Part shown: positions 1-9,435 of the stretch, in pieces
How the letters are laid out: each line of letters opens with the position of its first letter
Numbering within the stretch: position 1 is the stretch's first letter
NCBI GenBank assembly: GCA_963808235.1
Contig: CAWEEQ010000004.1
Span: forward strand, 192,001 to 256,000
Reading direction: 5' to 3'
DNA from: an uncultured delta proteobacterium
Lineage (GTDB): Bacteria > Desulfobacterota > Binatia > Binatales > Binataceae
DNA length: 64,000 nucleotides
The notes under the pieces: generated by a model
The model's input: only the letters and a program-made list of their open reading frames with translations
Databases searched by the model: none
What the model was told of the DNA's origin: nothing
Position numbers and translations under genes: made by a program

Positions 1-692
1 CGGAGGCTGCGCACTATTGCGCGCTGTGGTTTGCGTTCGCGGTCGCGGTCGATATCTATAGTTACGTAGTAGCTACTCTTGGAATGCCGATGTGCGATGT
101 CCAGTTTGCGCGGATGGACGCGGCACTGGGATTCAACTGGGTCGCGGCGTTTCATTGGATCAAGTCGTCGAGTTGGATACTTCGATACCTACTTTCACAT
201 GCGTACAATAGTATATTCATCCAGGTCTTCGCCTCGATTGGCTATTTTGCATTGATCAAGCGCAGCGACCGAAATCGGGAACTGCTGTGGATTGGAATAC
301 TGTCGGCATTGATTGCCACCTCTCTGGCAGGGCTCTTTCCGGCGCTTGGTCCTTACACGAAAGGCGATATGCCGGCGTGGTCCGCGGTACTGCTGACGAT
401 ACGCAACGGCAGTTTGACCAAGCTCGCACTGGCTGACCTGACCGGGATCGTGGCGTTTCCTTCATTCCACACAGTACTGGCTATTCTACTGACGTATGTT
501 CATCGTCCACCGCTGCGCAGCTTTGTGCCGGTGGCAATTCTGAATGTACTAATGCTAGTGGCTATTCCATTTGCGGGGCATCATTACTTAGTCGACGAGA
601 TAGCAGGCGCCGCCGTCGTAGCTATTTCGATCGCGATAGTGCAAGTGGCGATGCGGCCGCGAAGTCTTGCCACGACTCTCCGTCCGGCGTAG
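1..692 (+). CDS. PAP2/AUR1-like membrane phosphatase/phosphotransferase, 5'-truncated by the window edge
   Basis: Frame is open from position 3 (EAAHYCALW...LGMP); motifs FPALGP, AFPSFH and GHHYLVD; paralog of 728-1609. Confidence 0.85.
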   Translation, partial: EAAHYCALWFAFAVAVDIYSYVVATLGMPMCDVQFARMDAALGFNWVAAFHWIKSSSWILRYLLSHAYNSIFIQVFASIGYFALIKRSDRNRELLWIGILSALIATSLAGLFPALGPYTKGDMPAWSAVLLTIRNGSLTKLALADLTGIVAFPSFHTVLAILLTYVHRPPLRSFVPVAILNVLMLVAIPFAGHHYLVDEIAGAAVVAISIAIVQVAMRPRSLATTLRPA

Positions 693-727
693 CGCTCTGA
701 TTTGACCAGCCCCGACTCGACGAAATT

Positions 728-1609
728 TTAGCCCGTCACCGCATCGCGTACGCTCGCTGTCCTTGCCGCGGTTTGCGCGGGCGCTTTCCTTCCCATCGCG
801 GCTCTGACAATTGCGATACACATCGCGGCCACCACGGCGCCGGAGATCATGTCGACCAGGTAGTGATGCCCCGCAGAAGGGATCGCAATCAGCATCAGCC
901 CATCGAGGATCGCGACCGGGACGAACGAACGCGACGGCGGGCGATGCACATAAATGAAAACAATAGCGAGCACCGTGTGGAACGATGGAAAGGTGATGAT
1001 TCCGTTGAGGCCGTTGACTGGAAAACGCAGCGCACTATGAGTCCGCAAGCTCATCATCACAACGATGTCGCTGGTCGGGTGCCCGTAAAAGTGCACGTAC
1101 GGGCCGACGGCCGGAAGCAAAGCTGAAAAAAACGCGGTGACAATCACCGACAGCATCGCGATCCATATCATCTCGGCGTTCCGCCCGGTTTGCTCGGTAT
1201 GCGCAAAGTAAAGAATCGATCCGACAATCTGGGGCAGGAAAGTGTCGTACACGAGAAAGAGCGGGACTTCGAGCACGCGATGCGCGCCGATAAATCTTGA
1301 CCACGCCAGCCAGTGGAAGCCCAGCATCGCGTCGAGCGCAAGGAATTGAGTATCGCGCAGCGGCATCCCAAGTGTCGCGCAGAGATAAGTGAGAATCGCG
1401 GCGGCGGCGGAAAATGCCATCCACAACGCAGTGTAGTTGCCGGCGTCGGACAACCTGCGATTGTATTTGGAATAGCGAAAACCGATCGCGAGCAGAAAGG
1501 TCAGGATGCAAACATCCAGGAACCAGCCGACGAACGCCACTCCCGCATGGACAGCCCAAATCCAGTCGAGGGCGCCGATTACCAGGGTCAGCACCCATGC
1601 CCATCGCAA
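728..1609 (-). CDS. PAP2/AUR1-like membrane phosphatase/phosphotransferase
   Basis: LPAVGP, TFPSFH and GHHYLVD motifs; several TM segments. Confidence 0.85.
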   Translation of the reverse strand: MRWAWVLTLVIGALDWIWAVHAGVAFVGWFLDVCILTFLLAIGFRYSKYNRRLSDAGNYTALWMAFSAAAAILTYLCATLGMPLRDTQFLALDAMLGFHWLAWSRFIGAHRVLEVPLFLVYDTFLPQIVGSILYFAHTEQTGRNAEMIWIAMLSVIVTAFFSALLPAVGPYVHFYGHPTSDIVVMMSLRTHSALRFPVNGLNGIITFPSFHTVLAIVFIYVHRPPSRSFVPVAILDGLMLIAIPSAGHHYLVDMISGAVVAAMCIAIVRAAMGRKAPAQTAARTASVRDAVTG

Positions 1610-1692
1610 GTTAGCGCGATAGTCGCCCGTTTCGATCAGCCCCCTCCTCAGCCCTTGGCGATCACCTCAATAGCAGTCACGGCGGACAGCGT

Positions 1693-2070
1693 TCAACTTC
1701 GGGACTCGAACTGAATCTGATCGCCTACCTGCGTAGTTGCGCCATCGGCTGCGCCTGCCGGAAGCTCGAGCGCCTTGCGCGCTCCGAACACGACCGACGA
1801 CACCCGCCATGGCTTCAGGCTGCGATTGATCTTGATGACCTTGTCGCCGCGACCAAGGAACACGATGTCGATCGCAAAGCGCATGAAGAACATGTGCATC
1901 CACATCACGGGCATGAACCGCCCATTTTCGAACAGCATGCCACTGCCCGGCTCGAGACCGTCACGTCCGAGCAAGCCGCGACTCTGACCGCTGAGGCCGC
2001 CCGCGTCCTCGACCCGCTCGCATAACACGGTGCCTCGCGTCTGATTCAACGCCCGCATGAGGTTCGTCAT
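1693..2070 (-). CDS. DUF192 family protein
   Basis: RGLLGR...GMLF...HMFFMRFAIDIVFL...ALELPAG pattern. Confidence 0.85.
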   Translation of the reverse strand: MTNLMRALNQTRGTVLCERVEDAGGLSGQSRGLLGRDGLEPGSGMLFENGRFMPVMWMHMFFMRFAIDIVFLGRGDKVIKINRSLKPWRVSSVVFGARKALELPAGAADGATTQVGDQIQFESRS

Positions 2071-2154
2071 AGTACTGCGGTGCTGTCCTTTTCCATCGCC
2101 TGGTCGCGGGGGCTGTCTCCCTACATCATCATGTAATAAAATCGCCTTGGTTTC

Positions 2155-2859
2155 ATGGGATACATTCCGATATTTCTCGACGTGACTGGCCGGCGCTGTG
2201 TGGTGGTCGGCGGCGGCGAGATTGCCGCGCGCAAGGTCGAGTCGCTCCTTGCGGCGGGCGCCGAGGTCGCTATCGTTAGCCCTGTTCTGTCGGCGCCATC
2301 ATTAATTGCAATCGTGGACCGGGGTTTGGCTACCCATATCGCCCGTGCGTATCACCGCGGCGATATTGCTGGATGCGCGCTCGCATACGCGGCGACCGAT
2401 GACGAGGACCTTCATCGCTCGCTCGCGGTCGAGGCGCGCGCGCTCGGTATCCCGCTCAACGTGGTCGATGTGCCGGAGTTGTGCAGCTTCATCGCGCCGG
2501 CGGTGGTCAAGCGGGGCGCGCTTCAAATCGCGATTTCGACCGGGGGTGCGTCGCCGGCCTTTGCGGCGCGGCTGCGGCGCGAACTCGAAAAACAATTCGG
2601 CATCGAATATGGAATCGCGCTCAAGGTGATGCGCGCGGCGCGCCGGCGATTGCATGGTGAAGAAATCGATCCAGTCGATCGCATGAGCCGCTTGAAGGAC
2701 CTCGCTGAGTCTCGGCTCCTCGAGGCGATTGCCGCTCACGACCCGGCCGAACTGGACAGGATACTCGTCGAGCACCTGGGCGAGGGCGTCGGCCTGGCGG
2801 CACTCGGACTCGATGCGGCCGCGCTCGGGATTGCGATTGCGCCCGAAGTTCGTCATTAG
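2155..2859 (+). CDS. Precorrin-2 dehydrogenase/sirohydrochlorin ferrochelatase (CysG N-terminal/Met8/SirC type)
   Basis: VVGGGEIAARK Rossmann motif, AATDD, NVVD..CSF, ISTGGASP. Confidence 0.92.
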   Translation: MGYIPIFLDVTGRRCVVVGGGEIAARKVESLLAAGAEVAIVSPVLSAPSLIAIVDRGLATHIARAYHRGDIAGCALAYAATDDEDLHRSLAVEARALGIPLNVVDVPELCSFIAPAVVKRGALQIAISTGGASPAFAARLRRELEKQFGIEYGIALKVMRAARRRLHGEEIDPVDRMSRLKDLAESRLLEAIAAHDPAELDRILVEHLGEGVGLAALGLDAAALGIAIAPEVRH

Positions 2860-2877
2860 ACCAGATTAGATCTTCCG

Positions 2878-3705
2878 ATGGACACTCTTTGGCTATTACC
2901 GGCGCTTGCTTGTTACGCGCTCTCGGCGGCGCTTTTTATATTCGATCGGATGCTCGGACGGACCCGCGCGACCGGTTACGCCGTTGCGATGCTGGGCGCG
3001 GGCGCCATCTTTCATGCCTTCGATTTGACTGCACGCGGTCTGCAAGCCGGAAATATCCCGGTCACCAACTTTGCGCAGGCGCTATCGTTCCTGGCGTGGC
3101 TGACCGCGCTTGCGGGACTCCTGATGATCGTGCGCCTGCAGATGGCGGTGATTGGCGCATTCGTGGCTCCTGCAGTCACCCTCGCACTCGGCAGTGCGTC
3201 GCTCACGATGACCAGCGGGCGGCTGAAGCTCCCCGCGACGCTGCAGAGCGTATGGCTGCCGATTCACGTCACGCTCGCGATCCTCGGCTACACCATGTTC
3301 GTGCTGGCGGCGAGTGTGAGTATCGTTTACCTGGCGTATGAATCGCGGCTCAAATCCAAACGAGCGCTCGCACCCGGAATCGAAGGCGCGCCGAGCCTCG
3401 AAAAACTCGACCGAATCAACTATCACCTGCTCGGATGGGGATTCATGATGCTGAGTCTCGCGATCGTGAGCGGTGCAATCTGGGCCGACGCGACGTGGGG
3501 GCATTTCTGGTCGTGGGAGCCCAAAGAATCGTGGTCGCTGGTGATCTGGATACTTTACGCGGGCCTGCTCGAATCGCGCCTGACCGTGGGATGGCGCGGG
3601 CGGCGCGCAGCCGCGTTGACGATCGTGCTGTTCAGCGTGTTGGTTGGCTCGTTCGTGGGCGTTAACCTGATTTTTCCGGGCAAGCACGGCGGCAGCTTCG
3701 GCTAG
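2878..3705 (+). CDS. ccsA: Cytochrome c biogenesis CcsA/CcsB (HemX-like) membrane protein
   Basis: WWD domain GAIWADATWGHFWSWEPKE; conserved His residues; located in hem operon. Confidence 0.88.
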   Translation: MDTLWLLPALACYALSAALFIFDRMLGRTRATGYAVAMLGAGAIFHAFDLTARGLQAGNIPVTNFAQALSFLAWLTALAGLLMIVRLQMAVIGAFVAPAVTLALGSASLTMTSGRLKLPATLQSVWLPIHVTLAILGYTMFVLAASVSIVYLAYESRLKSKRALAPGIEGAPSLEKLDRINYHLLGWGFMMLSLAIVSGAIWADATWGHFWSWEPKESWSLVIWILYAGLLESRLTVGWRGRRAAALTIVLFSVLVGSFVGVNLIFPGKHGGSFG

Positions 3706-3711
3706 GCGAAA

Positions 3712-5046
3712 ATGGATCAGACGCTTTTTATCATCGGCATAAACCATCGCACAGCCGCGGTCGCGGTTCGTGAACGGTTGGCGTACGCCGAAGATGAAAT
3801 CGTCGCTGCGATCGCGCGCCTTACCGCGGCGGCGCCGGCGGTCGCGGAGGCCGCGCTGATCTCGACCTGCAATCGGGTCGAAGTGATGGGAGTGGCTGCG
3901 GATCCGGCGCGAGCCGCCGAGGAGACGCTCAAGTTCCTGGCGGAGGATCGTAGCATCGAACAGACGGTCTTCAACGATGCGGTCTACAGTTTCGCCGGAC
4001 GCGAGGCGGCGCGTCACATGTTCCGCGTCGGCGCGAGTCTCGATTCGATGGTCGTCGGCGAGCCGCAAATCCTCGGACAACTGAAGCTCGCGTATGCGCA
4101 GGCGTCCGAGGCGCGCACGGTCGGCCTGGTGCTGCATCGTGCTTTCCACAAGGCCTTTACGGTTGCCAAGCGCGTTCGCAAGGGGACGCTTATCGGACAC
4201 GGCTCGGTGTCGGTCAGCAGCGCGGCGGTCAGCCTTGCGGGACAGATTTTCGACACCTTGAAAGACAAGACCGTGATGCTGATGGGTGCGGGCAAGATGG
4301 CGGAGTTGACCGCGCGGCAGCTGAGCGCGCTCGGAATCGAGTCGCTGCTGATAACCTCGCGAACTTTCGATCGCGCGGTCGCGCTCGCTCGCGAGCTTGG
4401 CGGAACCGCGGTGCCGTACGAGAACTACAAGCCGTATCTGAAAATGGTCGACGTGCTGATCGGATCGGTCTCGTCGACGCGGCCGGTGCTGGGGCCCGAC
4501 GATTTCGAAACGGTGGTTCGCGAGCGTCGCTACCGGCCGATGTTTCTGATCGACATGGGCGTGCCGCGCAATTTTGACGAGCGGCTGAACGCGATGCAGA
4601 ACGTTTATTTGTACGACATCGACGATCTCGGCGCGCTGGTGAATCGCTCGCTCGGCGATCGCGAACGCGAAGCCGAAAAGGCCGAGCAGATCGTCGAGCT
4701 CGAACTCGAATCGTTTCTGAAATGGCTCGACGGCCTCGACCTGACGCCGACCATCAAGGACATACGCTACAGTATCGAGCGGCTGCGCGACGTCGAGATG
4801 GGGCGGCATCGCGGATGGCTGGCGCAACTCGAGCCGGCCGAGCGCGAGCGGGTGGAGTTGCTGACTCGAGGGCTGACCAACAAATTGTTGCATCGCATTT
4901 TGTCCGGGCTTAAGCAGCGCGACGACCAAACGCTCGACGCGGCCTTTGCCGCCGAAGTCGCGCGCCGCTTGCTGGGCGCGGAGTCCGACGCGCAAGACGC
5001 GGAACTCGATGACGCCGATGGCGACGAAGAAGACGACGTTGAGTAG
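3712..5046 (+). CDS. hemA: Glutamyl-tRNA reductase
   Basis: STCNRVE, SLDSMVVGEPQILGQ, GAGKM, DMGVPRN motifs. Confidence 0.97.
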   Translation: MDQTLFIIGINHRTAAVAVRERLAYAEDEIVAAIARLTAAAPAVAEAALISTCNRVEVMGVAADPARAAEETLKFLAEDRSIEQTVFNDAVYSFAGREAARHMFRVGASLDSMVVGEPQILGQLKLAYAQASEARTVGLVLHRAFHKAFTVAKRVRKGTLIGHGSVSVSSAAVSLAGQIFDTLKDKTVMLMGAGKMAELTARQLSALGIESLLITSRTFDRAVALARELGGTAVPYENYKPYLKMVDVLIGSVSSTRPVLGPDDFETVVRERRYRPMFLIDMGVPRNFDERLNAMQNVYLYDIDDLGALVNRSLGDREREAEKAEQIVELELESFLKWLDGLDLTPTIKDIRYSIERLRDVEMGRHRGWLAQLEPAERERVELLTRGLTNKLLHRILSGLKQRDDQTLDAAFAAEVARRLLGAESDAQDAELDDADGDEEDDVE

Positions 5047-5087
5047 GCCCGCGGCGCGCGCAAACGCTGATGGCAATCTGAACGCGG

Positions 5088-7628
5088 ATGGCGCTCCTGC
5101 CAAAGCATAAAATCAAAATTGGTTCGCGACCGAGCAAGCTCGCGTTGGCTCAGGCGGCGATCGTGCGCGCCCGGCTGTCGGCGCAGATTCCGGGAGTCGA
5201 AATCGAAATTGTCGAGATTCGCACCAGCGGCGACAAGCTGACCACCCCGTCGCTCGCGCAAATCGGCGGCAAGGGACTCTTTATCAAAGAACTCGAACAG
5301 GCTCTCGCAGAGCGACAAATCGATATCGCGGTTCATTCGATGAAGGATCTTCCCGCCGTCCTCGCACCTCAATTCCGCGTGAGGTGCGTGGTGGAGCGCG
5401 AGAATACCGCCGACGTGCTGGTGACGCGCGACGGCGCCGCGCTCGCGGACCTGCCGGCGGGCACGAAGCTCGGGACCTCGTCGTCGCGTCGCCGCTTCCA
5501 GGCTCTTCGCGTGAATCGTGGACTCGAAATTGTACCGTTGCGCGGCAACGTCGATACGCGGCTCGGGCGCGTCGCCGACGGGAGCCTCGATGCGATCATA
5601 GTTGCGATGGCGGGATTGAAACGCCTCGGACGCATCGGCGATGTGAAGTTCGTCGAGCTTGATGCGCGCGATTTCATTCCCTCCGGTGCGCAGGGCGCTC
5701 TCGCGATCGAGACGCTCGCCGATCGAAGCGCCGGCGGGGCGAAGGAGATAGATGATGCGCTCGACGCGATCAACGATACGCGCGCATTTTACGAGACCGC
5801 GGCCGAGCGTGCGTTCCTGGCTGCAATCGACGCGTCGTGCACGACGCCGGTCGGAGTGCGGGCGACCGTCGATTCGACGACGCTCGCGATGCGCGCAATC
5901 CTGTTCAGCCCCGACGGCGCACGCGAACTCTCCGAATCGATCGAAGGTCCGCCCAATCTAAAACTTGGCACCTCGTCTGCGGAGAGCATCGGGAAAAAAC
6001 TCGCAGAAAAAATGCTCGCGCGCGGCGCGGCCGCGATGCTTCGACCCTTGATGAAGGCGCGGGGCAGGCGGGAGCATCGGGACGGAGATGAGCGCCAGGG
6101 CAAGGTTATCCTGGTCGGCGCTGGTCCTGGCGCACCAGACCTGATTGCGATTCGCGGCGCCGACGCTCTCAGCCGCGCCGACGTTGTGATCTACGACTAT
6201 CTGGTGAGCCCCGAATTGCTGCGCCTGGCGCCGCGGAACGCAGAGCTGATTTACGCGGGCAAGAAAGGCGGCTCGGACAAGGCGATCGAGCAATCGGAAT
6301 TGAACGCGATGCTGATCGCACACGCGCGCAAGGGGCGGCGCGTGATTCGGCTCAAGGGCGGCGACCCGTTTATTTTCGGCCGCGGCGGCGAGGAAGCGGA
6401 AGCGCTCGCCCGCGCGAAAGTGAAATTCGAAGTCGTGCCCGGAGTCACGTCGGCAATCGCGGGGCCGGCGTTCGCCGGAATTCCGCTGACGCATCGCGAG
6501 CACGGTTCATTCGTGGCGTTTGTCACCGGCCATGAAGACGAGCGCAAAGGCGGCCAGTCGGCAATCCCGTGGAAGCATCTTGCGGCGGCTGCGAAGGATC
6601 GCGGCACGATCGTAATCTTGATGGCGACGGCGCGGATGCGGGCGACGCTACAACGGTTAAGCGACGCGGGGCTGCCGCAAGAGACTCCGGCTGCGGCAGT
6701 AGAATGGGCGACCACCGCGGCGCAGCGAACAGTGCTCGCGACGTTGGGCACCCTTGCCGACGCATGCGAGCGCGACAGCGTCGGTGCGCCGGCGGTGCTC
6801 GTGGTCGGAGAGTGCGCGGGCCTGCGCGAGCATCTCAAATGGGCCGAGAAGATGCCGCTGTTCGGCCGAACGATAGTGGTTACCCGGGCGCGTGGTGCAA
6901 GTTCCGACTTCGCGACGGATCTGCGGCGGCTCGGCGCCGACGCAATCGAATTCCCGACGATCGAGATGGCGCCGCCGAAAAGTTTCGCGGCGCTCGACAA
7001 GGCGATCGCGCAGCTGGATTCGTTCGACTGGATAATTTTCACCAGCGCAAGCGGGGTCGAAAGTTTCCTCGAGCGGCTTAAGTCGCTCGGCCGCGATATT
7101 CGCAGCCTCGGCCGTGCTTCGATCGCCGCGATCGGGCCCGCAACCGCCTCGCGGCTACAAGACTATGCGCTCCGAGTCGCGGCGGTTCCGGACGAGTATC
7201 GCGCGGAGGCGATTATTTCCGCGATCGGCGCGAAGCGGATTAGCGGCAAGCGTTTTCTGATTCCGCGCGCCGAAGTCGCGCGTGAAATACTGCCTGAGAC
7301 GCTGCGTGCGAAAGGCGCCAAACAGGTCGAGGTCGCGCCCGCGTATCGAACCGTCAAGCCCCGGCGCGCGCATGTCGAGCGAATGCGCGAATTGATCGCG
7401 GCGGGCGCAATCGACCTGGTGACGTTCACCAGTTCGAGCACGGTTACGAACTTTTGCGACCTGCTCGGCGAATCGGCGAAGGGACTCAAGGCGGCGGCGA
7501 TCGGCCCGATAACTTCGGCGACTGCGGCCGAGCGCGGATTCGAGGTGGTCGTCAGGCCCGATGAATATACGATTCCCGCTCTGACCGAGGCGATTTGCGA
7601 GTTTTTCGCACGCCCGCCGAAATCGTGA
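5088..7628 (+). CDS. hemC: Single ORF: porphobilinogen deaminase + uroporphyrinogen-III methyltransferase + uroporphyrinogen-III synthase (HemC-CobA-HemD)
   Basis: HemC motifs GSRPSKLALAQ, GGKGLF, VHSMKD, RGNVDTRL; CobA motifs LVGAGPG, RLKGGDPFIFGRGGEE; HemD motifs VTRAR, FTSASGV, FTSSSTV. The fusion junction near 6040-6100 may be an indel artefact. Confidence 0.9.
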   Translation: MALLPKHKIKIGSRPSKLALAQAAIVRARLSAQIPGVEIEIVEIRTSGDKLTTPSLAQIGGKGLFIKELEQALAERQIDIAVHSMKDLPAVLAPQFRVRCVVERENTADVLVTRDGAALADLPAGTKLGTSSSRRRFQALRVNRGLEIVPLRGNVDTRLGRVADGSLDAIIVAMAGLKRLGRIGDVKFVELDARDFIPSGAQGALAIETLADRSAGGAKEIDDALDAINDTRAFYETAAERAFLAAIDASCTTPVGVRATVDSTTLAMRAILFSPDGARELSESIEGPPNLKLGTSSAESIGKKLAEKMLARGAAAMLRPLMKARGRREHRDGDERQGKVILVGAGPGAPDLIAIRGADALSRADVVIYDYLVSPELLRLAPRNAELIYAGKKGGSDKAIEQSELNAMLIAHARKGRRVIRLKGGDPFIFGRGGEEAEALARAKVKFEVVPGVTSAIAGPAFAGIPLTHREHGSFVAFVTGHEDERKGGQSAIPWKHLAAAAKDRGTIVILMATARMRATLQRLSDAGLPQETPAAAVEWATTAAQRTVLATLGTLADACERDSVGAPAVLVVGECAGLREHLKWAEKMPLFGRTIVVTRARGASSDFATDLRRLGADAIEFPTIEMAPPKSFAALDKAIAQLDSFDWIIFTSASGVESFLERLKSLGRDIRSLGRASIAAIGPATASRLQDYALRVAAVPDEYRAEAIISAIGAKRISGKRFLIPRAEVAREILPETLRAKGAKQVEVAPAYRTVKPRRAHVERMRELIAAGAIDLVTFTSSSTVTNFCDLLGESAKGLKAAAIGPITSATAAERGFEVVVRPDEYTIPALTEAICEFFARPPKS

Positions 7629-7684
7629 TGTCGCGGGGCTTCTCCGCCGCGTGCATAGCTATATAATCCACGACGAGAACTGCG

Positions 7685-8659
7685 ATGGCATTTCCAATCA
7701 ATCGACCGCGGCGGCTTAGGCGGACCGAGACGATTCGACGCATGGTCCGCGAGACGCGGCTTGCGCCCGACGACTTGATCCTGCCGATGTTCGTGTGCGC
7801 GGGGCGCGGCGTGAAGAAGCCGGTCGAGTCGATGCCGGGGGTCGCGCAGATGTCGGTGGACAATATCGTCGCTGAGGCGCGCGAAACCTGGGCCGCGGGG
7901 GTGCCGGCGGTCATCCTGTTCGGAATTCCCGAACGCAAGGACGCGACCGGCAGCGAGGCGTGGAACGACAACGGCGAGGTGCAGCGCGCGATTCGCGAGA
8001 TCAAGGAACGCGTGCCCGGGATGGCCGTGATCACCGACGTCTGCATGTGCGAGTACACCGACCACGGCCACTGCGGCGCGGTCGTCGGCAGTGACGTCGA
8101 CAACGACGCGACCCTCGAGCTGCTCGTGCGCGAGGCGCTTTCGCATGCCCGCGCGGGCGCGGACATCGTCGCGCCGTCGGACATGATGGACGGTCGAGTC
8201 GGCGCGATTCGCACCGCGCTCGACGGCAACGGCTTCAGCCAGGTCGCGATCATGGCGTACTCGGCGAAGTTCGCGTCGGCATTTTACGGGCCGTTTCGCG
8301 AGGCGGCTGAGTCCGCGCCGAAATTCGGCGACCGCCGTTCCTACCAGATGGATCCGCCCAACGGCGACGAAGCGATGCGCGAGGTCGCCCTCGACCTCGA
8401 CGAAGGCGCCGACATCGTGATGGTTAAGCCGGCGCTGCCGTATCTCGATCTGATCTGGCGCGTGAAGCACGAATTCAACGCGCCGGTCGCCGCATACAAT
8501 GTGTCGGGCGAGTACTCGATGATCCGCGCCGCGGGTATCAACGGATGGATCGACGAGGAACGCGCCACGATGGAAGTGCTGACTTCGATCAAGCGCGCCG
8601 GCGCCGATCTGATCCTCACCTACTTCGCCAAAGACGTCGCTCGCAAACTGCGCGGCTGA
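7685..8659 (+). CDS. hemB: Porphobilinogen synthase (delta-aminolevulinate dehydratase)
   Basis: [46 protein letters not shown]. Confidence 0.97.
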   Translation: MAFPINRPRRLRRTETIRRMVRETRLAPDDLILPMFVCAGRGVKKPVESMPGVAQMSVDNIVAEARETWAAGVPAVILFGIPERKDATGSEAWNDNGEVQRAIREIKERVPGMAVITDVCMCEYTDHGHCGAVVGSDVDNDATLELLVREALSHARAGADIVAPSDMMDGRVGAIRTALDGNGFSQVAIMAYSAKFASAFYGPFREAAESAPKFGDRRSYQMDPPNGDEAMREVALDLDEGADIVMVKPALPYLDLIWRVKHEFNAPVAAYNVSGEYSMIRAAGINGWIDEERATMEVLTSIKRAGADLILTYFAKDVARKLRG

Positions 8660-8663
8660 ACGA

Positions 8664-9425
8664 TTAAGACTTCGGCTTGAGGTGCGCTTCGTAGTACGGG
8701 CGCATCGAGCGCAACGCGCGCATCTGATGGTACGCGAGCTCGTCGTCGGGGTAGCGATGCTCGGGGCCGAGCACGCATCCGGCGCGCGCGTGGCATCGCG
8801 GGGTGCAATCCGCCTCGACTTCGACGCGATGAGTCAGGCATTTCGGAATGTCCCATCCTGCTTCGATGCTCACCGCGCCGGCCGGACACGCAGGGATGCA
8901 GGTGCGCGCGGTGCATCGCGGACAAGGATCGAAGCCGAGCGCCTCGCCGGGCGAATCGATCTCATCGTCGATCAGAATAGCGGCGCGAAACGCGATCCAC
9001 GGTCCATAAACCGGATGCACCGTGACGCCGAGGATACTCGGACCGGCGATGCCAGCGATTTTCCCGAGCTCGATAAAATTGAGCGTGCGATTGCCGCTCA
9101 TGAAGGGGTACACAATCGTGAATCGAGCAGCCGCAGCGTGCAGCGCTGCGCCGACGTCGCGCTCGACCACTTCGCGAGTGAAGTCGTCGAGCGGATTCTC
9201 ACGATTCCACCATCCGGGATTGCGCGCCGCGTGAGCGTTGAGCGCATTCCATAGCGCGCCACCGCCGTTGCCGATTACTACAATCGAGCGCGCGCGCGGA
9301 TCGATCGGCGCAGCGCGCGAAACTTCGGCGACCGCGTGGTCGTAACGCTCGAGCGGCGTCGCCGCAACCAGGTTGAGGCCGTGCGGCGCGGCGGCGTCGC
9401 GAACGGTTTGCAGAATCGACGGCAC
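8664..9425 (-). CDS. Cobalamin-binding-like Fe-S protein (QueG/RdhA/CblC-like fold)
   Basis: HPVYGPWIAFRAAIL motif followed by CxxC-xxx-CxxxCP and further C-terminal Cys residues. Confidence 0.55.
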   Translation of the reverse strand: MPSILQTVRDAAAPHGLNLVAATPLERYDHAVAEVSRAAPIDPRARSIVVIGNGGGALWNALNAHAARNPGWWNRENPLDDFTREVVERDVGAALHAAAARFTIVYPFMSGNRTLNFIELGKIAGIAGPSILGVTVHPVYGPWIAFRAAILIDDEIDSPGEALGFDPCPRCTARTCIPACPAGAVSIEAGWDIPKCLTHRVEVEADCTPRCHARAGCVLGPEHRYPDDELAYHQMRALRSMRPYYEAHLKPKS

Positions 9426-9435
9426 TCGAGAATCT

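Noticed and set aside
3082-5103. Long antisense ORFs (also 7163-8470, 14067-15596, 41617-42882, 56746-58440)
   Set aside because: Shadow frames of GC-rich genes with no recognisable motifs
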